From Bacteroidales bacterium UBA4788 (GTDB lineage: Bacteria > Bacteroidota > Bacteroidia > Bacteroidales > VadinHA17): a stretch of DNA of 64,000 nt. The notes beneath the pieces were generated by a model that was not told the origin of the DNA, searched no databases, and saw only the letters and a program-made list of their open reading frames with translations. This document shows positions 40,365 through 47,987 of this stretch, one piece after another. Within the stretch, counting starts at the first letter, position 1. Each line of letters begins with the position of its first letter. Both the position numbers and the translations under genes were made by a program. Location: positions 37,382 through 101,381 of the forward strand of contig DHGW01000092.1 of assembly GCA_002402965.1 (NCBI GenBank). Reading direction: 5' to 3'.

Positions 40365-40548
40365 TAATCCTTTTTCTTCAGTGCTTCATAAAAAGGCGGA
40401 TGGCATGCAGCTCACCCCCTTTTTTTCAAACCACGAAAATAATGGATTATTGGTAAAACTCAAACCATAACCTCATTTAAATGAAATGCCTCATCCGGCA
40501 ATTGTCAAAATGTTTAAATTTGTCGGCTAAGTTTCATGACAACGAAAA

Positions 40549-40740
40549 ATGGAAACTAAAGACATTATCATTTATTCTGCAGTTATTGCGCTTGTAGGTT
40601 ACTCTCTTTATCGCAAATATGTAAAGAAACAGGGTGAAGGCAGCCCTAAAAAGTCAACCGGAATTTTTACACCCAGGGGTAACCTCAGGGATCAGCCTGA
40701 TGATTACGAGCCCTATGGCGGGAAGAAGAACGGAGAATAA
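40549..40740 (+). CDS. small single-TM protein, unknown function
   Basis: 63 aa with TM IIIYSAVIALVGYSLY followed by a charged tail. Its stop abuts the stop of the convergent ABC exporter with no gap. No homology recognised. Confidence 0.35.
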   Translation: METKDIIIYSAVIALVGYSLYRKYVKKQGEGSPKKSTGIFTPRGNLRDQPDDYEPYGGKKNGE

Positions 40741-42927
40741 TCAACTGCCCAGTTCCAGCTGGTCTCTGATGAGACTGTAGTAGATCCCCTTAAGAGAGGT
40801 GAGTTCGGCGTGGGTACCTGATTCGGTCACTTTCCCGCCTTCCAGTACCACTATCCTGTCAGCATGACGCACCGTGCTAAGCCTGTGCGCAACAATTACC
40901 ACTGTCCTGCCAGCCAGGAATCCTGCAAGTTTTTCCACAACAAGTCTTTCGCTTGAGGCATCGAGGGAGCTGGTGGCTTCATCGAGCAGCACCAGCGCGG
41001 GTTGCTTGTAAACCACTCTGGCAATCAGTATTCGCTGTCTCTGTCCCTGGCTCAGACCGTGTCCTCCCTGTCCGATACGGGTCTGAATTCCTGATGGCAG
41101 CGTATCGAGCAGAGGTTTCAGACAGGCTGTCTCTGCGGCCGTGGCTACTCTTCCCATGTCGGGATTATCTTCCCCGGGTGCAATATTCCCCAGGATTGTA
41201 TCGGGGAAGATATAACCCTCCTGCATCACGGTGCCGGTATTCCTTCTCAATGAGGAAATACTGATATCATCCAGTCTCAGGCCTCCCATCTCCACCGAGC
41301 CTTCAGCAGGATGATAGAAGCCCATCAGGATCTTCAGCAAGGTTGTCTTTCCCGATCCGCTCTCTCCCACCACGGCGGTGATTCTGCCGGCAGGTATACT
41401 CAGGTTAAGGTTTCGCAGCACCCATGGTGACCCCGGACCCTCATACCTGAAAGAAAGATTCCTGATTTCAATGTCAGCGCGCGCCGGCAAGGGAGCTCCG
41501 GCATCGGGTCCGCCAGACTCCTCCGGATCCATGGCATGCACTTCGGACAGGCGCTCCAGGCTGATCCGCGCATCCTGTGTCGCCCTCATGAAACTGACAA
41601 TCTGGGATACCGGACCGTTGAGCTGCCCGGTTATGAACTGCACCGCCAGCATCATGCCAAGGGTCATAGAACCGTTTATAACCAGCGTGGCTGAGATGAC
41701 AGTGATGATTATGTTAACTGACTCGTGAATCAGGGTTCCTCCTGCCGTCTGGAACTGAAGTATCCTGAGCCCTCTGACCCGGGTGGCATAGATCTCCTTC
41801 TGCAGCATCTCCCATTCCCTCCTGTTGGTAGCTTCGTTTCCCGCCAGCTTGATCTCCTGCATGCCGTTCACGATGTTTATCATTCTGTTCCCGGCTTCGG
41901 ACATCTGCATGAACCGGATGTTGTCAAGTCGCTCACGTGCAGGCATGAAGAGTGTAACATACAATATGTAAAATGTCGTCCCGGACAGAAACACCATCAG
42001 GACCGGGATGCTGTAGATGCCAAGCACCACCCCGAAAACTATGAAATTGAATAGCGAAAAGAGGATGGCAAGACTCGACGAGGTAAGGTAACTCTCTATC
42101 CTGCTGTTGTCATCAATCCTCTGTAATATGTCGCCGTTCAGCTTCGTATCGAAGTAGGCTATTGGTAATCCCATCAGCCTTGCAAGGAAATCGGAAACGA
42201 TCCGGATATTCAGCCTGGATCCCACATGCAGCAGAATCCAACCCCTGCTGAATTCAACTGTCAGACGGCCGGCAATGAGAGCCAGCTGTCCAGCCAGGAT
42301 CAGGTATATTAACCTTACATCACTGTTGGCAATACCCCTGTCAATGATTGCCTGTGTCATGAAGGGGAAGAGGAGCTGGATGGCGCTTGACAGTATCAGA
42401 CCAGCGATAAGAAGCACTATCTTCTTTCTGTAAGGTCTAAGGTAGGGTGCCAGGAACTCAAATCCTCCCCTGGAAGGCGGATCATCCTTAAGTTCCGCAA
42501 ATGACGGGCCCGGTTCAACAAGCAGAGCCATCCCCGCCGGTTCACCACCTGTCTCTCCTGATAGCCATCCCTGCTTGAACTCTTCATGGCTCATCCTGAG
42601 ACTGCCGATGGCCGGGTCACTAACCCATACTGCCCTTTCGTTCACCCTGTTTACAACGATGAAGTGGTTCTGCCGCCAGTGCACTATACATGGAAGCGGA
42701 GCACCCTCTATCAGCCTGCTGAACGGAATCCTGACTCCTGCCGCCCTGAAACCAATACTCTCTGCAGCTGACTTTAATCCCAGCATGGAGACTCCCTCAC
42801 GTGTTATCCATGACCTCTTTCTGATGGTCTCCAGGGAGAGACGCTTACCATGACTGCGTGCTACCATGCTCAGGCATGCCGGTCCGCAATCCATTGCATC
42901 ATATTGCCTCACAAAAGGGTAGTTCAT
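40741..42927 (-). CDS. peptidase-C39-domain ABC transporter (double-glycine leader peptide processing/export, ComA/LagD-like)
   Basis: 728 aa. The N-terminal C39 domain has the catalytic Cys in QYDAMDCGPACLSM, His in HWRQNHFIVV and Asp in VSDPA. It is followed by a 6-TM domain and an NBD with GESGSGKTT, LSQGQRQR and LVLLDEATSSLD. Confidence 0.92.
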   Translation of the reverse strand: MNYPFVRQYDAMDCGPACLSMVARSHGKRLSLETIRKRSWITREGVSMLGLKSAAESIGFRAAGVRIPFSRLIEGAPLPCIVHWRQNHFIVVNRVNERAVWVSDPAIGSLRMSHEEFKQGWLSGETGGEPAGMALLVEPGPSFAELKDDPPSRGGFEFLAPYLRPYRKKIVLLIAGLILSSAIQLLFPFMTQAIIDRGIANSDVRLIYLILAGQLALIAGRLTVEFSRGWILLHVGSRLNIRIVSDFLARLMGLPIAYFDTKLNGDILQRIDDNSRIESYLTSSSLAILFSLFNFIVFGVVLGIYSIPVLMVFLSGTTFYILYVTLFMPARERLDNIRFMQMSEAGNRMINIVNGMQEIKLAGNEATNRREWEMLQKEIYATRVRGLRILQFQTAGGTLIHESVNIIITVISATLVINGSMTLGMMLAVQFITGQLNGPVSQIVSFMRATQDARISLERLSEVHAMDPEESGGPDAGAPLPARADIEIRNLSFRYEGPGSPWVLRNLNLSIPAGRITAVVGESGSGKTTLLKILMGFYHPAEGSVEMGGLRLDDISISSLRRNTGTVMQEGYIFPDTILGNIAPGEDNPDMGRVATAAETACLKPLLDTLPSGIQTRIGQGGHGLSQGQRQRILIARVVYKQPALVLLDEATSSLDASSERLVVEKLAGFLAGRTVVIVAHRLSTVRHADRIVVLEGGKVTESGTHAELTSLKGIYYSLIRDQLELGS

Positions 42928-43043
42928 TGAACAGGCATGATTGGGAGTTTTACAGCATAAATATATCCATTATTTACCCACTTCGGGTGCAGCTACTGAA
43001 AATGTGCCGGGTAGCATTTTTCAGAAATCGATTGCGGAAATTG

Positions 43044-43051
43044 TATATTTG
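43044..43051 (+). promoter_or_regulatory. candidate -7 promoter box TATATTTG (TAnnTTTG) upstream of the sigma-factor gene
   Basis: Exact match to the Bacteroidota -7 consensus, 18 nt upstream of the TTG start at 43069. No well-spaced -33 TTG. Confidence 0.35.
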
Positions 43052-43068
43052 CCAATTAAACCGCTTGT

Positions 43069-43635
43069 TTGGGATTATTCAGAAAGTATTCGGACACTGA
43101 CATCATAGATGGAATCAGGAAACAGGACAACAGGATTCTGAACTGGCTCTATGATTCCTGTTTTGAGATGATCCGTGATCACCTCAGAAAAAACAGCGGG
43201 TCGGATGATGACGTGCATGAAGTCCTCCAGGAGACTGTGGTGATATTGTACAAACAGGTTACCGGTGATGGGTTCAGTCTCACAACCGATCTGAAGGGAT
43301 ATGTCTACGGTGTGGCGCGCAATGTCTGGAATGCCCAATTGAGATACCGTTCGCGTCTGGTGGCTCTGGAATCCGATCCGGCAGATCATACGGCTGCGGA
43401 GGAGATGAACGATGCTATTCTTGAGAGGATTGTTGCCCGCTCCTTCGCTCTCCTCGGGGAAGACTGCCAGATGGTGCTAAACCTCTACGGCGAAGGTTCA
43501 TCCTATGAAGAGATAGCCCGAAGAATGGGATTCAGGAATGAGACCTACGCAAGAAGGAAAAAGTACCTCTGCAAGGAGGCTTTGATGGAAATCATCAAGA
43601 CTGATCCGGAATATCAGGATCTGGGTCCCTTATAG
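43069..43635 (+). CDS. sigma-70 family RNA polymerase sigma factor (ECF-like, regions 2 and 4 only)
   Basis: 188 aa. Region 2-like VHEVLQETVVILYKQV...YVYGVARNVWN and region 4 HTH CQMVLNLYGEGSSYEEIARRMGFRNETYARRKKYLCKEAL. There is no in-frame ATG near the N-terminus, so the TTG start at 43069 is assumed. Confidence 0.8.
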   Translation: MGLFRKYSDTDIIDGIRKQDNRILNWLYDSCFEMIRDHLRKNSGSDDDVHEVLQETVVILYKQVTGDGFSLTTDLKGYVYGVARNVWNAQLRYRSRLVALESDPADHTAAEEMNDAILERIVARSFALLGEDCQMVLNLYGEGSSYEEIARRMGFRNETYARRKKYLCKEALMEIIKTDPEYQDLGPL

Positions 43636-46600
43636 ACCAATCCCATAATAAGTGTTGCCACCAGCAGGAAGGCGAGCAGTCCTATGTACAGTTTCACCCT
43701 GTTAAACCAAAGTGGCGTGTCATCTCCGTATATCACCAGAGCCGACCAGTAGTATGGATGCGACCTGCCCTGGTAGGCAGTTCGGAGGTATTTCAACCGT
43801 GCGTTGCGCAGTGCGGAACTCTTTGTCTGGCCGCTTCTCATGTTCTTGTAAAAGGAGTGTATCACCTCTGATGCGGAGATGTCATCTACCGCCCACATCG
43901 ACATCACGGCCGAACGGCTTCCGGCATAGAGAAAGCCCCGTGCCAGGCTCAGTATTCCCTCTCCGCTCACAAGCATACCAGACCCGGTGTTGCAGGAGCT
44001 GAGCACAACCATCATTGCCTGAAGCGGGAGGCTGTAGACCTCGTAGGTATTGAGCATACCATCGTTGCTGCCGCCGCCGCCACCCGTAAAGAGCATCCTG
44101 GAGAAGGCAGGCCGGCTGTCGTCTACAAGTGTATGCATTGCCAGGTGAAGTATCTTGAAGTTCCCTGCTTCCCGCTTGAAGGCCTCTTCGCTTGCCCCTA
44201 CACCGATGTAGGCCTTCCCTCCGCACTGGTTGACTGCATCTTCGGCCTCCAGGATGGCATATGGCAGGTCACGGATCTCTCCCCTCAATGCAGGCCAGTC
44301 AATCAGCAGCGAATCATCAATCTGCACCCCTTCATAACTGGGTGCAAAGGCAACTAGCCTGTTGTTCAGACTCCTGCTCCTCTGAATGGTCTCCGACGAG
44401 AGAGTCACACTGTAGATATAAGAGAAACGGTATTTCTTAAGGGCAAAAGGAGCATCACGGTATAAAAGCCCGGGACTCCGGAACTCCTCCGTCACAAGGG
44501 CCTCGAACGGCAGGTATGAAAGGATGTTGTCAGGTGAGATCACTATCTTGTCACCGATGAGGTAAGGCTCAGCCGGCTCAATCAGAATCCGGTAAAGGCT
44601 GAGCGCCAGATCCATGTATTCATTGAATGGAGCACGTGAGCCACTTGTCGCCGGCGCAGTTGACAGCATGCTGCGGAATCGTTTCAGTGATGAGAAAAAG
44701 CTTGAATCGATGTCGCGGGTGATCACTTCACTCCTCCTGTGGTTGGCAACAAATATATACAGCCTTTCATCCGTCAGGACATAGCTTAAGAGGTTTGCCC
44801 TGCGGCCGATAACGCTGCTGACCTTGTTCAGAGGCGTCACCTCACTCCTGAATTTAAGGTTATAATAGGCCGGGTAATTATTCTCAAAGATTCGCACAAG
44901 AGAGTCACGCGATCTGAGCAGCCGGAAAGTCACTCCCTCCCAGGTGGCCAGTCTCTGAGTGTCAGGCACCGCTTTCAGCTTCTCCTTAAGCATAAGATCC
45001 TTGTAGAATCCAATCTCTCTTCTGATCTCTCCGTCAAGTTCTGTCAGCTCCCCGGGCAGGGAGAAGCGTGCGGCATTGAGCTCCCTCATGGAAGTAAGGA
45101 ACCCTGCCACCTTGCTCCTTTCTGAGAATTCAAAAAGGCCGGCAAGCGACTCGCGGTCATGGTCCGCCTCATATAGTTCTGCATAATTGTCAATGATGCC
45201 CGTATATATATCCCTGGAGTAGGAGCTGAAGCTTGTCCTGCTCTCCTCCTCGCTCATCTCCAGCCTGCGGCGGTCATACAGCGAGGTGATCCTGCTTCCG
45301 GCTGCAACAGCCTGCCTTAGGTAGTCCATATTTCTTTCTGACCGTGCAAGAGCGTTCAGGGCATCGTATCTCAATTCAAGAAGACGCAGGTCTTCTTCAG
45401 AGATGCCGTTGATCTCACCGTCATCACGGTTGCCCGGTTTGGCCGGCTCAGATGAAATGGCCATTCCCTCAGTGATAGCCAGCACCTCCTCATACCTGCC
45501 CGCATCTGTCAAAGCCTGGGCATACTTGACGGTTACAAATTTTCTCATCGAGACATCCCACGGATTTCTGCGCACATAACCGAGACACTCATCGTAAAGC
45601 GCAAGCGACCGGTCACTGTCACCAAGACTGTTGGTAATAAAGTCAGCGACCGAAACCAGCATAATGAAATATTCCCTGCTCTCCGGCCCGTAAGCGCTTC
45701 TCACCCTTTCCAGTCCTTCTTCCAGGACTTTTTCTCCTTCCTGTATCCTGCCGGCGTGAGCCAGAAAAGCTGAATAATTGATATGAAGCAGAAATTTGTC
45801 ATGAGTATTCTGCCCGTCCCTGATGGCCAGTCCCATCCTGAACTGCTCCTCTGCCTCCAACGGCTGATCAAGCCTGCGGTGCACCTGGGCCATGGTATTG
45901 TGCATCAGTATCCTTGAATCAACACTGGCGGCAGGATCCCTGTCATAGATTCTGAGTGCCTCCCTGCAGTAAACAAGTGATTTGTTGTACTCCAGCGTCC
46001 GATAGAGGCTCAGCCCTATCACGTGGTAGAGGTCAGCCTGTATCTTCGACGGAATCTCATCAGGGTATAGCCTTGAAATTTTCAGTCCTGACTCTGCCAG
46101 CTCAATTGCCTGGCCGGCGTCATTCAATTCAAGGCATATGCTGGCAAGATTGAGGTAGTTGGTTGCCAGCCCCGACGAGTCACTTCCTGAAACGGCCCTT
46201 TTGGCTTCCAGACCCCTGACTCCAAGCCCGTAGGCATGCGTATAATTCCCCAGCCTGTGGAGTGAGACAGCCATATTGCTGAGACCGTTGCCATACCTCC
46301 TGTCATAAAGAGAAAGCCTCTCCCGGAAGCTGGTGGAGACGCTGAAACAATCATAGGCACGATCGAACCTGTTCGACTGGTAATGCTGAACACCCACAAA
46401 ATAATAAGCATCCGAAAGCAGAAGGGTATCCATGATAAGTGTACCGTCAATGATTATTTCGATCTCCCCTGCCATCCTTTCCGCACCGGATGAATTTGCC
46501 CGGCGTTCAAGAAGAACGGCAAGTGAATCACTCAGCTCCCTGAGCCTCAATTCCCCCGAATCTTTCATTTCATTGCCCGCAGTGGCTTCTGAGCCAGATC

Positions 46601-46679
46601 CCCGGGCCAAACCAGGAGTTCCGCTGATAACCGCAAAAAACAGGTATGAAACAATGAGTATGTCTGCCCTCAGACTCAT
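43614..46679 (-). CDS. TPR-CHAT protein (caspase-fold CHAT peptidase domain), N-terminal signal/anchor and C-terminal TM
   Basis: 1021 aa. N-terminal hydrophobic ILIVSYLFFAVISGTPGLARG, then about 600 aa of TPR-like repeats. The C-terminal CHAT domain has His in FKILHLAMHTLVDD and Cys in MVVLSSCNTGSG. Terminal TM LYIGLLAFLLVATLIMGLVY. Confidence 0.85.
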   Translation of the reverse strand: MSLRADILIVSYLFFAVISGTPGLARGSGSEATAGNEMKDSGELRLRELSDSLAVLLERRANSSGAERMAGEIEIIIDGTLIMDTLLLSDAYYFVGVQHYQSNRFDRAYDCFSVSTSFRERLSLYDRRYGNGLSNMAVSLHRLGNYTHAYGLGVRGLEAKRAVSGSDSSGLATNYLNLASICLELNDAGQAIELAESGLKISRLYPDEIPSKIQADLYHVIGLSLYRTLEYNKSLVYCREALRIYDRDPAASVDSRILMHNTMAQVHRRLDQPLEAEEQFRMGLAIRDGQNTHDKFLLHINYSAFLAHAGRIQEGEKVLEEGLERVRSAYGPESREYFIMLVSVADFITNSLGDSDRSLALYDECLGYVRRNPWDVSMRKFVTVKYAQALTDAGRYEEVLAITEGMAISSEPAKPGNRDDGEINGISEEDLRLLELRYDALNALARSERNMDYLRQAVAAGSRITSLYDRRRLEMSEEESRTSFSSYSRDIYTGIIDNYAELYEADHDRESLAGLFEFSERSKVAGFLTSMRELNAARFSLPGELTELDGEIRREIGFYKDLMLKEKLKAVPDTQRLATWEGVTFRLLRSRDSLVRIFENNYPAYYNLKFRSEVTPLNKVSSVIGRRANLLSYVLTDERLYIFVANHRRSEVITRDIDSSFFSSLKRFRSMLSTAPATSGSRAPFNEYMDLALSLYRILIEPAEPYLIGDKIVISPDNILSYLPFEALVTEEFRSPGLLYRDAPFALKKYRFSYIYSVTLSSETIQRSRSLNNRLVAFAPSYEGVQIDDSLLIDWPALRGEIRDLPYAILEAEDAVNQCGGKAYIGVGASEEAFKREAGNFKILHLAMHTLVDDSRPAFSRMLFTGGGGGSNDGMLNTYEVYSLPLQAMMVVLSSCNTGSGMLVSGEGILSLARGFLYAGSRSAVMSMWAVDDISASEVIHSFYKNMRSGQTKSSALRNARLKYLRTAYQGRSHPYYWSALVIYGDDTPLWFNRVKLYIGLLAFLLVATLIMGLVYKGPRS

Positions 46680-46811
46680 CTGTATGGTTCTTCTTTCTTC
46701 CGCCGGTAAAAGTATAAAACAATCCGTTACAGTAACAGCAACTTTCCTGTCGTTATACAGCCCTGTTCTTCAGTATGTTGCATTTTTTTTGAAAAAAAGT
46801 CGATTTTTTCG

Positions 46812-46836
46812 TGTCACAAAAGGGCACTTTGTGACA
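46812..46836. promoter_or_regulatory. perfect 9-bp inverted repeat TGTCACAAA-N7-TTTGTGACA (candidate operator) upstream of the GG-peptide gene
   Basis: Read directly from the sequence: 46812-46820 TGTCACAAA and 46828-46836 TTTGTGACA. It lies 53 nt upstream of the peptide ATG in the divergent CHAT/peptide intergenic region. A T8-G-A7 palindrome sits at 46783-46798. Confidence 0.4.
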
Positions 46837-46888
46837 TGTACGGTATAAATGACAATTAAACCCTGATTCATTAATAAAACCCAAAAAA

Positions 46889-47026
46889 ATGAAAACCCTG
46901 AAAATTGAAAACTTCTCTGATTTTGTTCTTTCAAACGAGGAAATGATTAATGTACGCGGCGGAAACGGCGGCAAAAACGATTCGGTAACTGATCCAACCA
47001 GGCCTCCGGTGGTAATAGAGATCTGA
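46889..47026 (+). CDS. double-glycine (GG) leader peptide precursor, 45 aa
   Basis: Not in the ORF track because it is under 60 aa. Manual translation gives MKTLKIENFSDFVLSNEEMINVRGG/NGGKNDSVTDPTRPPVVIEI. The leader matches the Bacteroidota bacteriocin-type signal pattern MKxLKxxxxxxxLSxEEMxxxxGG. A C39 exporter lies 4 kb away. Confidence 0.75.
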   Translation: MKTLKIENFSDFVLSNEEMINVRGGNGGKNDSVTDPTRPPVVIEI

Positions 47027-47214
47027 ATTGAATGACAGAGCCGGTTTTTCCGGCCAGCATATATAGCATAACGGGGGCAGATCTGCGTTAAGCAGAGATA
47101 CCCTGTCATCCGGCAGCGTGCGCGCAAGCCGGTGCAGTGCCCGGAACGGCATGCAGATGATTGTCAGCAACTATTTGGTTGATAATTTATAAGTGTGAAA
47201 TAATAATATACAAG

Positions 47215-47961
47215 ATGAAAACAAGGAATGTTAACAATGCCATTGAGGATTGGCTCGGCGGTCAGACAGACAAGGCCGGGGAGGAATGGCTCATCAGAGA
47301 GATGAAAAAAGACCCGGCGCTGGCAAGGGAAATCACTCTCAGGAGAAAAACAGATGAAATCCTGGCTGAAAGGCAGGTGATTGATCTAAGGAATATGCTC
47401 ACGGCCATAGAGAGGAAAAAACGCTCTGCAGGCACACTCCGCAGAACTATGGTGAAGAGTGCGAAGTATGCAGCTGCAGTTGCGCTTGTTGCACTCATCT
47501 CATCAGCTCTATACCTGGGACTGAGGCCGGGTGCATCACCTGATGAACTGTACTCTTCCTATTATTCCCGGTACGAATCACCTGGTGCCGTGAGGTCCGC
47601 CGTCAGTCCGGGCAACACATTGATGGAGAATGCCATCGCCTCCTACTCTGCAAAAGAGTATGAAAAGGCTATCATGTACCTTGAACAGGTGATAAACACC
47701 GGACAGGAAGGAATGGAATCGGTCTTCATGCACGGTATGGCCAACATGGAGGTGAAGAATTATCCGGTGGCGAGCAGATCATTCACCCGCGTCATCGAAC
47801 ACAATGACAACCTGTACCTCGAAGATGCCGAATGGTACCTGGGCCTGTGCTACATGATGACCGGCAACAAGGAAAAGGCAACGAAACAGTTTGCTGCAAT
47901 AGCATCCTCCGGCAGCAGGTACAGCAAACAGGCTGTCAGACTGGCACGAAGGATTAAATAA
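47215..47961 (+). CDS. single-pass membrane protein: N-terminal cytoplasmic anti-sigma-like helix region, TM, periplasmic TPR domain
   Basis: 248 aa from the ATG at 47215. IEDWLGGQTDKAGEEWLIREMKKDPALAREI resembles the N-terminus of Bacteroidota anti-sigma factors. TM AAAVALVALISSALYLGL. C-terminal TPR-like repeats include YEKAIMYLEQVI and AEWYLGLCYMMTGNKEKA. Confidence 0.65.
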   Translation: MKTRNVNNAIEDWLGGQTDKAGEEWLIREMKKDPALAREITLRRKTDEILAERQVIDLRNMLTAIERKKRSAGTLRRTMVKSAKYAAAVALVALISSALYLGLRPGASPDELYSSYYSRYESPGAVRSAVSPGNTLMENAIASYSAKEYEKAIMYLEQVINTGQEGMESVFMHGMANMEVKNYPVASRSFTRVIEHNDNLYLEDAEWYLGLCYMMTGNKEKATKQFAAIASSGSRYSKQAVRLARRIK

Positions 47962-47987
47962 ATCCACAAACCGATAAAGACATTCAT

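Noticed and set aside
47040-47054. Hairpin GCCGG-TTTTT-CCGGC just after the GG-peptide stop, considered as a terminator or attenuator
   Set aside because: It has only a 5-bp stem and no downstream T-run. It may modulate read-through into the TM-TPR gene, but this is too weak to call.
46753-47170. Minus-strand ORFs of 124 aa and 79 aa overlapping the GG-peptide gene
   Set aside because: They have no recognisable features and overlap both the intergenic promoter region and the plus-strand peptide ORF, which has a specific leader signature. I judge them spurious, though only expression data could exclude them.
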